From an uncultured virus (IMG/VR IMGVR_UViG_3300027963_000045) (Duplodnaviria > Heunggongvirae > Uroviricota > Caudoviricetes), in the IMG/VR virus record IMGVR_UViG_3300027963_000045: a stretch of DNA of 57,608 nt. One strand, given 5' to 3'. A model generated the notes under the pieces. It saw only the letters and a program-made list of their open reading frames with translations, did not search any database and was not told the origin of the DNA. Below, one piece after another: positions 46,155 through 56,400 of the stretch (position 1 is its first letter; each line of letters opens with the position of its first letter). The translations under genes and the position numbers were made by a program.

Positions 46155-47299
46155 ATTTTATAAAGCTTCAAGTTTTTAGTAATCTTGTTGCAGACTGTGG
46201 ACCAGTCCCCCATTTTCTCTTGACGGAACAACAGCGCAGTGCTGTACCACGGTGATGTATTTCGCTCAGTAAGCCAACGCCAATCCACTGCAAACTTGTT
46301 TAGCATGACCCAGGTTGGTCTTCCCAGTGCTCCAGCTAAATGTGCCACAGCAGTATCAACAGTTACTACAACATCCATATGCATGAGTTGACCAGCAGTG
46401 TCTGCAAACCCACTGGTACTGCCAGGAAATATCAACACACCAGCTTCAACTAACTGTGCCTCTTGTTCAGGAGTAGCATCAATTTGAAGATTGACCCAAT
46501 CAAACTCTGGATTTTGTTTGATCAAGGCTAGCATGGTTTCAAACGGCACGCCCTTGTGCGCATTTAGCCAATTGTCCTTGCGACCGCTCCAACAAAATCC
46601 CACTCGCATTTTCTTCTTGGGCCCCAGACGTTGAGCCCACTCTGTAATTTTTGCAGGGTTGGCGTTGAGATAACCTAGAGTTGATGGTAATTTTTCTAAC
46701 GTTTGCCCCAGACATTTTGGAATACTCATCATGGGGACCCAACAATCAAACTCCCCGGGATCATCACTGTAATTTCCAGTCCATTCAATTACCCCGCCAC
46801 TGCCAAACATAGTAACTAAGCTAGAGGTGGTTTGCACTTTGACTTTTGCACCACGTTGGGCCAACGCATATACAAATCTCACAAATTGTATGTTGTCCCC
46901 GTGACCTTGCTCGCCAACTACAAGAATAGTTTTTCCATTAATATCTTCTCCCCACCAACGCGGCTTGTCAATTTTAGGCAATGTACCTGCTAAATGTTCG
47001 TATTCCCAGCGACTTTCGTAAGCATCAAATCCTTGGATGTAATCTCCCATGAGCAAATAACTTATAGCTAGATTAAATTTTGCATGAACATATCTCGGTT
47101 CAAGCGTTATGGCTCTTTGCAAAAACGGAATAGCACCAGCAGGGTCTCCTAGTTCTCTAAGAACATTGCCGTAGTTGTTCCATGCTGGCGCATAGTTTCT
47201 ATCCATTACAAAAGCTTGAGCATAAAATGCCAAAGCTTCTTCTGGTTTGTTTTCAGCACGAAGCTGGTTCCCGTAATCTATTAGTTCAATTGGAGTCAT
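46151..47299 (-). CDS. TPR-repeat glycosyltransferase (GT-B, GT9-like C-terminus)
   Basis: N-terminal TPRs (AWNNYGNVLRELG), EQGHGD.IQFVRF, VDTAVAHLAGALGRP.W, DWRW, SPWY; start is probably 47299. Confidence 0.85.
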   Translation of the reverse strand: MTPIELIDYGNQLRAENKPEEALAFYAQAFVMDRNYAPAWNNYGNVLRELGDPAGAIPFLQRAITLEPRYVHAKFNLAISYLLMGDYIQGFDAYESRWEYEHLAGTLPKIDKPRWWGEDINGKTILVVGEQGHGDNIQFVRFVYALAQRGAKVKVQTTSSLVTMFGSGGVIEWTGNYSDDPGEFDCWVPMMSIPKCLGQTLEKLPSTLGYLNANPAKITEWAQRLGPKKKMRVGFCWSGRKDNWLNAHKGVPFETMLALIKQNPEFDWVNLQIDATPEQEAQLVEAGVLIFPGSTSGFADTAGQLMHMDVVVTVDTAVAHLAGALGRPTWVMLNKFAVDWRWLTERNTSPWYSTALLFRQEKMGDWSTVCNKITKNLKLYKI

Positions 47300-47345
47300 G
47301 TTGATATTTAAACTGTTGTAGGGTGTCATAGAATATTTGTTTATC

Positions 47346-47353
47346 TATAAATA
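47346..47353 (+). promoter_or_regulatory. T4-type late promoter
   Basis: Exact TATAAATA upstream of a structural gene cluster. Confidence 0.75.
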
Positions 47354-47446
47354 CTACTCAACACAATTTGGTGTTTTATGCTGATGATTAATACCTAACA
47401 GCGTAGCGGCTAGAACCCGCATCGGACTTCTTTAAGGAGAAAACAA

Positions 47447-47965
47447 ATGGGTCGTCCTCTAAAAATTAAAAAATCAACAACCAAAGACATCGGTTTTAAC
47501 AATCTTGGTAGCCTAACAAATCCAGTTTACCCTGCAACATTAAACTCAGCTCAATACCTGGGTGCAGTTGGTGGTGAAAACACCAGCGTGGCCACATCAG
47601 CATATCCTGTGGTTCGTGTTCAAGCACGTGACACCACTGGAGCCGAGGAAGCCGCAATCATTGTGCGTCAAAAAGGAAGCACAACATATTTGGTGTTGGG
47701 TCAAAGCAGTGGAAACACATATCAAGCTACTTTGGCAAATCAGGCAACTGGCACACTATCACCAGGCAACATGAATATTGCCATGTTCAACGGCGACAGC
47801 ACAGATATTCTAATCAGTAAACTCACCAACAAGTTTGCCTTGGATTATTCTACACCACCTGTTCGTTATGTGATTAACTTCTTCACAGACGAAGGCACTG
47901 AAATCAAGTCTGGTACAAAAGGCGAAACAAACGCATTGGCTATTGCAGAAAACTACACAAGCTAA
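47447..47965 (+). CDS. Putative virion structural / decoration protein
   Basis: Strong AAGGAG SD, late promoter upstream and terminator-like hairpin downstream; MGRPLK start and IVRQKG motif. Confidence 0.6.
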   Translation: MGRPLKIKKSTTKDIGFNNLGSLTNPVYPATLNSAQYLGAVGGENTSVATSAYPVVRVQARDTTGAEEAAIIVRQKGSTTYLVLGQSSGNTYQATLANQATGTLSPGNMNIAMFNGDSTDILISKLTNKFALDYSTPPVRYVINFFTDEGTEIKSGTKGETNALAIAENYTS

Positions 47966-47983
47966 TTTCTATTTGGCTAGGCC

Positions 47984-48016
47984 ATCCTCCTTGCTACATA
48001 ACAAGGAGGATTTTTT
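47984..48016 (+). terminator. Terminator-like hairpin containing the SD of the next gene
   Basis: atcctccttg / caaggaggat 10-bp stem followed by a T-run, then ATG 48017. Confidence 0.75.
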
Positions 48017-48601
48017 ATGGCGGCATTTGTGCTAGGTAACGGAGTAAGCAGGGAATCAGTTTCAGTTGATCAACTGCTTTCTTTGGGGGCAGTTTATGGT
48101 TGCAATGGATTGTATCGTACACATGCAATTACTGCATTGGTAGCAACAGACCAACCTATCGCCAAACTAATACAAGATTCTGGATACAGCAAAAAACACA
48201 GATTTTACACACGAAGACCTTTGCCAAATACTGGTGCTGTTCAAATAGGTAAAACTTATTTTGGTTATAGTTCAGGACCAATTGCCACTTCTATTGCAGC
48301 CGCAGATGGACAGGGAAGAATGTATTTGTTAGGCTTTGACATGGGACCAGACAAGCAAGGAAAATTTAACAATGTCTATGCTGGGACTGAGTATTACAAA
48401 GAAGTTGGTGCAACACCTACTTTTACAGGCAATTGGGTCAAGCAATTAGCAAAAATAATGACAGATTACCCCAACAGAGAATTTATAAGAGTATATGGGG
48501 AGACCACTGCCAAGATCCCAGAGTTTGATAAGATCTCAAACTTACAACACATCACTCTTGCAACCTTTTTAGAACGAATAAATAATAGAAAGGATCTGTA
48601 G
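48017..48601 (+). CDS. Rossmann-like protein, MptE/Maf/sialyltransferase-like fold
   Basis: FVLGNGVSR, GCN.LYR, SSG..A, YLLGFD motifs. Confidence 0.55.
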   Translation: MAAFVLGNGVSRESVSVDQLLSLGAVYGCNGLYRTHAITALVATDQPIAKLIQDSGYSKKHRFYTRRPLPNTGAVQIGKTYFGYSSGPIATSIAAADGQGRMYLLGFDMGPDKQGKFNNVYAGTEYYKEVGATPTFTGNWVKQLAKIMTDYPNREFIRVYGETTAKIPEFDKISNLQHITLATFLERINNRKDL

Positions 48602-49255
48602 ATGACTGCCTATAAACGAACTCTTGGCGATTACAATATTATCAGCATTGACCCGTCAGCCGGTGATAATTTAAATATCGTAACGCACACTGTAAATCTT
48701 ACTGGTAACTTAGATGTTACCGGTAATGTCACATACATCAACGTCAACGACCTCACAGTAGATGACCCATTTATTACAGTTGCTGGCAATAACGCAGGCA
48801 GCGGTAACGCGGCAACATTTCCTCAACAAGGTCTTGTAGCGCAGACTGGATCAGCATCTTACGCCGGGTTACGATTTAACAATGTCAGCAACACTTGGGA
48901 GATCAGCCCAAGTGTTGCAGGCAACGGCGCTCCAATAACATCATATCAAGCTATTGGTACTGCATCGGCTGGATCGGCTGCTGGCCCATTAACTGCAATT
49001 CAGTTTAAAGATGTTGGCAATGTTTTTGGTGGTAATGCCAGTTTTACATTTGATTATGCAAATTCAAAAGTTACACTCACTGGACATCAAGTGTTTGGTA
49101 ACATTGGTACTGCTCCCACTGCTGTTGCCAACAGCGTGGCTATTTACAACAACATTGAAGGTTCAGGCGGCACTGGCCTGTATGTTAAAAGCCCCACAGT
49201 CCAAGATGAACTTGTAAGCAAAAGCAAAGCAATTGTCTTTGCAATTATATTTTAA
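48602..49255 (+). CDS. Virion fibre/structural protein
   Basis: GNL.V.G....NV..L.V.DP.I motif shared with the 53429 protein; G/S/A/N-rich. Confidence 0.65.
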   Translation: MTAYKRTLGDYNIISIDPSAGDNLNIVTHTVNLTGNLDVTGNVTYINVNDLTVDDPFITVAGNNAGSGNAATFPQQGLVAQTGSASYAGLRFNNVSNTWEISPSVAGNGAPITSYQAIGTASAGSAAGPLTAIQFKDVGNVFGGNASFTFDYANSKVTLTGHQVFGNIGTAPTAVANSVAIYNNIEGSGGTGLYVKSPTVQDELVSKSKAIVFAIIF

Positions 49256-49264
49256 GGAATACAC

Positions 49265-49579
49265 ATGACAATCGCTACAGCCAACGTTACAACCGTTACA
49301 ACATCAGTTTATACCAGTTCTGGAAATACTGCTATTACATTCTTAAGTCTGTGCAACTACAGCGTAGGAAATGTAACAGCAAACGTTCACGTAGTTCCAA
49401 GTGGTGGCACAGCAAACAGTATCAACAAAATTTTAGCCAGTATTGAAATACTGACTCTGGATACATATCAGCTGTATGCTGGCGGCGAAAAATTGTTATT
49501 AAACAACGGTGATTCGGTACAAATCAATGCCAGTGGAAACTCTGCAATTTCTGCAGTTACTAGTTATACAACAATTTAA
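49265..49579 (+). CDS. Small virion structural protein
   Basis: 104-aa beta-rich ORF with an EKL.L.NGDS.Q motif, within the fibre cluster. Confidence 0.6.
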   Translation: MTIATANVTTVTTSVYTSSGNTAITFLSLCNYSVGNVTANVHVVPSGGTANSINKILASIEILTLDTYQLYAGGEKLLLNNGDSVQINASGNSAISAVTSYTTI

Positions 49580-49980
49580 TGGGTTATTACGTCAAAAACA
49601 GAAGATTGGAATCAGGATCTACTGGTGTGGTAATTCCCACCGGTAGCTCGGCCACGCGACCTCTAGCACCAACATTTGGTCTTATAAGATACAATACTGA
49701 TTTGGCATCAGTTGAATATTTTAACGGAATTCAGTTTGTACAGCTAAGTGCCGCTGGGGCTATTGACTACACAATTGATTCATTTACTGGCGACGGATCA
49801 ACATACGTATTCACTATGACGGTTGCAGTTTCATCTGCATCTCAAATCATGGTGTTTGTGGGAAGCATTTATCAGAATTCAAATACAGCTTATACAGTAA
49901 ATGGAGGATTTGATATTACATTTACTTCAGCCCCGCCCGATGGTGAACCTATTTCTATAATTCACAGTAGCGTTACCTAA
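49579..49980 (+). CDS. Small fibre-associated structural protein
   Basis: IP.G....RP....G.IRYNT motif and an FTGDGS...F domain. Confidence 0.65.
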   Translation: MGYYVKNRRLESGSTGVVIPTGSSATRPLAPTFGLIRYNTDLASVEYFNGIQFVQLSAAGAIDYTIDSFTGDGSTYVFTMTVAVSSASQIMVFVGSIYQNSNTAYTVNGGFDITFTSAPPDGEPISIIHSSVT

Positions 49981-49989
49981 AGGACAGTA

Positions 49990-52101
49990 ATGGCAATTAA
50001 CAAAATTTCTGGCAATATACTAGCAGATAATCTGCAACGCGGTGCTAATTTAAGTATTCAAGGCAATCTATTTTATGTAGATGTTGTCAATACTCGCCTT
50101 GGCGTAAACACTAGTTCACCTACTGCCACATTGACTATTGCTGGCAATACTGTTATTTCAACAACTCTTAACGTAAGCGGAAACGCAACAGTTGGTAATT
50201 TGCAAACATCTGGGGGATTGACTGCAACCGGGGGGTTAATTGCAACTGGTAATATCACCGGCAATGGTGTGACTCTGGCAGCCAACACTATTTTGGCTGC
50301 ATCTGGCAAGCTGGCTTTGGGATCAAACGCAAATATCTTGATCACTGGCGGATCTTCAAATTATGTTCTTACTACCGACGGCACCGGCAATTTGTCATGG
50401 TCATCTGCAGGTTCTATTGGTGTTATTGGTAACTCTATACCAATGGGAACCAATTCATTAGGTAATCTTGTTAGCAACGCCGTGACGCTGACAACTGCAA
50501 CCACTGTGACCGACGGTATTACTCAATTAAACACAGTGCTTGGAAAATTAGTACCAGCAAGTCCCCCCAATTTTCCAAATAACACAACCCTTTCAATAAC
50601 CACAGCAACTTCATCAGGTCGTATGTGTAACTTTGTACAAACTGACAACACTCCGGCAGCCAACAAATCAGTTGCAGGTGGTACGGTGGTATCAGTAGTG
50701 CGTGGCAGTTCGTATACAACCAACACTATTACTAATACTGGTCCCGGGGACACCGGAACATTAACAGTATATTTGAATGGAACCGGTGCTGGCAACGTAA
50801 CATTTAACACTGGGGCATCGCCTAGTGCAAACGGTACATACGGTAACTTGGTTGTAACTAACAATTATGATTATAACACCGCCAACGCAAACATTGCGGC
50901 AGGATTTTGGTATGTGTTCTCATCTCGGGCCAGTGGCACAGTTACACAAGGCTGGAATGAAGTATATTTGGCAGACACTGCCGCAGGCAATACCAACACT
51001 CCATCATGGTATTATGATGCAGCCGCTCCGGGAACACCAGTTTATTCAAACGTGTCTGTGACTGCATGTGCTAGTCCTAGTTTAAGTTATTCAAGCACAA
51101 TTCCACACTATAACTCAGGAACACAATTTGGTTTTGGGTTTAGTGTAAACAAATTGTCTGGGGATTTGTATCCAAATAATGGAAACTTGTTGACAAACTC
51201 AACTGCCGCAGGAGGTGCTTTTCAAGCGCCAGCTAGTGTAACGTATGCCTCTGCCAATGTTACTGTGCCGTTGACTAGAAACTTATATGTAAGTTCGGGC
51301 ACAGCAACAGGAAATACAACAGCTAATATTGTAGCATCTGGGTTTGGGTCTAGCTCAACTGGACCAAGCGTTACTGTAACCAACAGTTATAATTCAGCAT
51401 CACAAGCATTTACCACGGCCCTGGCCGCAACGGTGCTTTATAAGAATGGCAACAGTACTGCCATTGACGAAGGCAATGTTGTTGTAACTAGTGTGGGTAC
51501 TGGATCTGGTAATGCATTTAGAATTATCAACCCTGGTGCAGGAAACACTCCGACATATACTGGCAATGCGTCGGCATTTAACAGCCAGTCTAGTACATTA
51601 CAAACTTATGACGCCACAGTGGTGGGCAGTTCCAGCCAAGGTGTATTAAAACACGATCAAACCAATTATGCCACTGGGTATTTGCCAGCAGGACCAAATT
51701 TAAGTTCAGGAAGATCAGGAACACAGTATTTTACATTTAAATTTGTAAGAACTGATGTGAGTAAATTTGATATCACCTATGCTGGAAATGTAGCTGGTAT
51801 GTGGGTAGCATTGCCTGGAAGTGTGATTGATGCTAGTTCAAGCGCCAATGGTTGGATTAACATGACTCAGGCTTACGGTGGTGCAGGATATCCAGGAGTC
51901 AACAGTCCAGGCAATGGGTCAGACGGGTGTAGCTTGGGCGGAGCAGTAACACCCAATCTAACCACAGCGTCAGTCAGTAAAACATGCACGTTTGGCACAG
52001 TTTCAAGCTCGAGCACTGCAACAAATGAAATTTACGTTAGGATAGCTCTAACGTCAGGGCAGTCAGTAACTGGCCTATCACTTAAGGCAGCGAGCAACTA
52101 A
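49990..52101 (+). CDS. Tail fibre-like structural protein
   Basis: 703 aa, G/S/T/N-rich; RLGVNTSSP and VLTTDGTGNLSW fibre motifs. Confidence 0.7.
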   Translation: MAINKISGNILADNLQRGANLSIQGNLFYVDVVNTRLGVNTSSPTATLTIAGNTVISTTLNVSGNATVGNLQTSGGLTATGGLIATGNITGNGVTLAANTILAASGKLALGSNANILITGGSSNYVLTTDGTGNLSWSSAGSIGVIGNSIPMGTNSLGNLVSNAVTLTTATTVTDGITQLNTVLGKLVPASPPNFPNNTTLSITTATSSGRMCNFVQTDNTPAANKSVAGGTVVSVVRGSSYTTNTITNTGPGDTGTLTVYLNGTGAGNVTFNTGASPSANGTYGNLVVTNNYDYNTANANIAAGFWYVFSSRASGTVTQGWNEVYLADTAAGNTNTPSWYYDAAAPGTPVYSNVSVTACASPSLSYSSTIPHYNSGTQFGFGFSVNKLSGDLYPNNGNLLTNSTAAGGAFQAPASVTYASANVTVPLTRNLYVSSGTATGNTTANIVASGFGSSSTGPSVTVTNSYNSASQAFTTALAATVLYKNGNSTAIDEGNVVVTSVGTGSGNAFRIINPGAGNTPTYTGNASAFNSQSSTLQTYDATVVGSSSQGVLKHDQTNYATGYLPAGPNLSSGRSGTQYFTFKFVRTDVSKFDITYAGNVAGMWVALPGSVIDASSSANGWINMTQAYGGAGYPGVNSPGNGSDGCSLGGAVTPNLTTASVSKTCTFGTVSSSSTATNEIYVRIALTSGQSVTGLSLKAASN

Positions 52102-53363
52102 TGGCAGTCTCAATAGCACAATATGTTGATTTGTTGTTTAAAAAGCTACAAGGTGTAGCCAAAACAGCCAACAGCACAACCAAAAGCGCCAGCAACGAAA
52201 GCATTGCCAGCCCGGCGTTTTTACGTGGCGATATTGTATGGGTAGAATCGAGCCAAATTGGAAACACTGCCCAAGCAATTGCAGGAATTTCCACAGCCTA
52301 CAGAAACGGTAGTGCAGTAGAATGTGTGGCAGATACTACAGTACCCCCAATCGGCAGCATTCGACCCACTTGGTTAACCAACAAAACCTACTGGATACCA
52401 CAGGAATTTGGCGCAGCCTGGCTGCCAAAGGTATTTGTTGGACCCAGCGGTGCTGCCAACATTGAAGCAACAGGTACACAGATATTTTCTGCTGGCGTTG
52501 GCGGAGTTGGTGAATACTATTTTGATACACAAGCCGGGGTTCTAAACTTCATAGGCGAAACTATCCCCACAGTACTTACAGCAGGTAATGTTGTTTATGT
52601 TGCGGGCTATCAATATTCAGGATTGCTTGGCACATCAACTCTACCGGGAAATACCACGATTGGTAATTTGGTAATAGCAAATACCACTATAACTACAAAT
52701 CAAGCAAATGGTAATATTATTCTAGAACCAACTGGGAACGGTCTTGCAATCGTTGATACCACAACAGGATTCGTGTTACCAGTTGGTAACACAGCATACA
52801 GACCATCAAGTCCTGCACAGGGCACAATACGATTTAACACAAGCTCAACTGACGTGGAAGTTTGGGACGGAACTCAATGGACTGGGATCGGCGGCGCCAC
52901 CGCCGCAATTACAAATCAGTATATTACCGGTGATGGAAGTAACACTGTTTTTACACTTAATCAAGAATCCAGTGCCGCAGCCATTATTGTTAGTACCAAT
53001 GGTGTGGTGCAGTTTCCGGACATTGCCTACACAGTTACCGGTAATTTGATTACTTTTGTTGAAGCACCTGCATCGACTGATGTGATTGACGTTAGATTTA
53101 CCGCAACGCTCAACACAATTAATGCTATTACTAATGCATCGGGGCAAGAACTGATCATTAACCCGTCAGGTGTGGTAAACATCACTAACACTCAAAGTAT
53201 TCAACTGCCCAGCTACACTGTGGCACAAGCAAATGCTCTTGGAAACGTAGCTGCCGGGCAAGTTATCTACGTTTCCAACGGCGATAGCGGAAGTCCCTGT
53301 CTAGCAGTTTATTCAGGTGGAATCTGGAAACGGGTTAGTTTTGGCGCAACAATAAGCACCTAA
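52101..53363 (+). CDS. Tail fibre-like structural protein
   Basis: LPVG.TA.RP...G.IRFNT and GDGS.T.F.L domains. Confidence 0.7.
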   Translation: MAVSIAQYVDLLFKKLQGVAKTANSTTKSASNESIASPAFLRGDIVWVESSQIGNTAQAIAGISTAYRNGSAVECVADTTVPPIGSIRPTWLTNKTYWIPQEFGAAWLPKVFVGPSGAANIEATGTQIFSAGVGGVGEYYFDTQAGVLNFIGETIPTVLTAGNVVYVAGYQYSGLLGTSTLPGNTTIGNLVIANTTITTNQANGNIILEPTGNGLAIVDTTTGFVLPVGNTAYRPSSPAQGTIRFNTSSTDVEVWDGTQWTGIGGATAAITNQYITGDGSNTVFTLNQESSAAAIIVSTNGVVQFPDIAYTVTGNLITFVEAPASTDVIDVRFTATLNTINAITNASGQELIINPSGVVNITNTQSIQLPSYTVAQANALGNVAAGQVIYVSNGDSGSPCLAVYSGGIWKRVSFGATIST

Positions 53364-53428
53364 TTTTACTAGCACATACTTTATTATTCAGTGGCCGCCA
53401 TAAATAGGTATAACTGGAGGAAACGCTC

Positions 53429-56400
53429 ATGGCCGTTACAAGAATTAAAAATAATCAGATCACTGATGCAACAGTGGTTGCTAGTTCAAAGCTAGTTGAC
53501 TACTCAATCACCGCTGCAAAAATTGCCAATAATTTAACCTACAACAGTGATCTTACGGTTGTTGGTAATCTTACTGTTCAGGGTAATACAACCACAATCG
53601 AAACAACAAACTTGATTGTTGAAGATCCGTTGATTTTGTTAGCTAAAGAACAAACAGCGGCCCCTGCACTGGACATTGGTTTTATTGGTAAGCGTGGTAC
53701 GTCAGACAATATTGCTTTTGTCTGGGACGAAAGTTCACAGCAATTTGTCACAGTGTTCACATCAAGTGAAAACACAAACACAGTTATTACCATCAATAGC
53801 TATGCAAGTTTTCAAACTTTAAATTCCAATGTAACTGGAAATCTATCAGTTACTGGAACTACATCTGCCACAGGTAATGTAACTGTTGGCAATATTTTTG
53901 TTTCTGGAAATACTAAAACAATTGATGCTGGGTTAAATGTTATTGGTAACGTTCAAGACCCTGTTTCAGCACAAGACGCAGCCACCAAAGCTTATGTTGA
54001 TGGATTTATCAGTGGTGGTATCACAATTGAAGATGATACTTCAAACACAACGGTTCTTGCCCTAGACGGAACACTAGAACTGTTGGGCACTGCGAGTGAA
54101 GTTGAAGTGCTTATCACCAATGTTGATCAAGTAACTTTTGGTCTGCCAGCAAATGTCACAGTTGCTAACTTACTCTCAGCAACAACTCTCAGTGCAACTG
54201 GTAATGTAATTGGCGGTAATATCAAAACAGCAGGATTGGTCAGTGCAACTGGTAATGTAATTAGTGGTAACATCAACACAGCAGGATTGGTCAGTGCAAC
54301 TGGTAATGTAATTAGTGGTAACGTAGTAACCAGTGGTGCTGTCAGTGCAACTGGAAATGGTACATTTGGTAATATTTCAACAACTGGTACTTTCCAGGCA
54401 GCTACTTTAAGTGCCACAGGCAACATCACTGGTGGTAACTTACTAACTGGTGGACTAATTAATGCAACTGGCAACGTCACAGCTGGAAATCTAACAACTG
54501 CTGGGCTAACATCGACTGCTACATTAAATGCTTCTGGTAATGCCAACGTTGGCAATTTAGGCACCAGCGGATTAATCACAGCAACAGGTAATGTCAACAC
54601 ATCGGCAGGCGTATTGGCTGTCGGTAATGTAACTGCTGGTAACATCAATACCGGCGCTCAAGTGCTAGCACTTGGCAACATCACAGGCGGCAACATTATT
54701 ACTGGCGGAGTAATCACTGCAACTGGTGGTATCAGTACAGCAGCCGGTGTAACAGCAACTGGCAATGTCACTGGTGGTAATTTGATCACTGGTGGTGCAA
54801 TTAGTTCCAGTGGTAATATTTCTGGTGCAAATGTAAACGCAACTGGCAACATTGTTCCCACAGCCAATGTAACATACAACTTGGGCAGTTCAACAGCACA
54901 GTGGAAAGACTTGTATGTTGGAGGCTCTACAATTTATCTAGGAAATGTTCAGTTAAAAGCTGCCACAGCCAACACTTTGACAGTTACCGCAACTGATGGC
55001 ACCACTTTGGGTTCTGTAACTGCCGCAACAGTGAGTGCTAGTGGTAATGTAACAGGTGGTAATGTACTAACTGGTGGATTGATTAGTGCCACTGCTACCA
55101 TAACTGGTGGCAACTTGGCCACAGGTGGTACAGCAAGTGCCGCAGGTAACATCACTGGTGGTAATGTACTAACTGGTGGATTGATTAGTGCCACTGCTAC
55201 CATAACTGGTGGCAACTTGGCCACAGGTGGTACAGCAACTGTGACCGGCAATATCACTGGTGGTAATTTGATCACTGGTGGATTGGCATCTGTATCGGGT
55301 GCAATTACAAGCGGTAGTACAATATCAGCAACAGGTAATATCACTGGTGGCAACTTAGGTACTGGTGGAGCAGCAGCTATATCTGGTGCAATTACAAGCG
55401 GTAGTACAATATCAGCAACAGGTAATATCACTGGTGGTAATTTAGTTACAGGTGGACAAATAGACGCAACTGGCAACGTAAACGGTGGCAACGTTAACAC
55501 CGGGGCTGTTAAAAACACAGCCGCAATGACCATTGCCACCACAGCTGGTAATATTAATTTAGAACCAACTGGTAACATCGTACTAAACAACAAGTATATT
55601 AATGGTGTAAGTCAGCCTGTACAAGACAACGATGCTGCCAGCAAGATTTATGTTGACAACATGGTGTCAACACAGTTGGCATATCACCAAGCAGTATTGG
55701 CAGCTACAGTGGGTAACTTGGCTGCAGCCACAGGTGGTGCCATTACGTACAACAACGGCACAGCTGGAGTTGGTGCAACATTGACCACGACTGGTGCATT
55801 TACCTTAATTGATACTGCAAACGTTGCCACAGTTGGCACACGTATTCTTGTCAAGAACCAAGCTGATGCTACACAGAACGGTGTTTATGTTTACACAAGT
55901 CCAACAGTAATTACTCGTTCTACAGACGCAGACACATATGGACCAAACAGTTCTACCGACTTGAGTATTAACGACTACTTCTTTGTCACTGGTGGCAATG
56001 TCAATGCTGGTAGTGCCTATATTGTTGATGCACCTTCAGGAGTTATTACTTTTGGTACCAGCAGTATTACGTTTGCTCAATTCAGTAGTTCACAAACATA
56101 CACAGCTGGCAACGGCGTCAGCATCAATGGCACAGTAATTTCGGCCAAAGTTGACAACGATACCACAGCATTTGATGGCTTAGGTAATATCATTGTCAAA
56201 GCTGGTGCAAACTTAACAACACCAAACATTGGTGCGGCCACTGGTACAAGCCTGAGCGTAACAGGTAATGTGTCAGGCGGTAACCTAACCACTGGTGGAT
56301 TAATTTCTGCAACTGGTAACATCACTGGTGGTAATGTACTAACCAGCGGACAAGTAAGTGCTACCGGTAATGGTACATTTGGTAATATCTCAACAACCGG

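Noticed and set aside
47381..47420. Hammerhead ribozyme suggested by CTGATGA
   Set aside because: No GAAA after a stem II, and the motif lies within another hairpin
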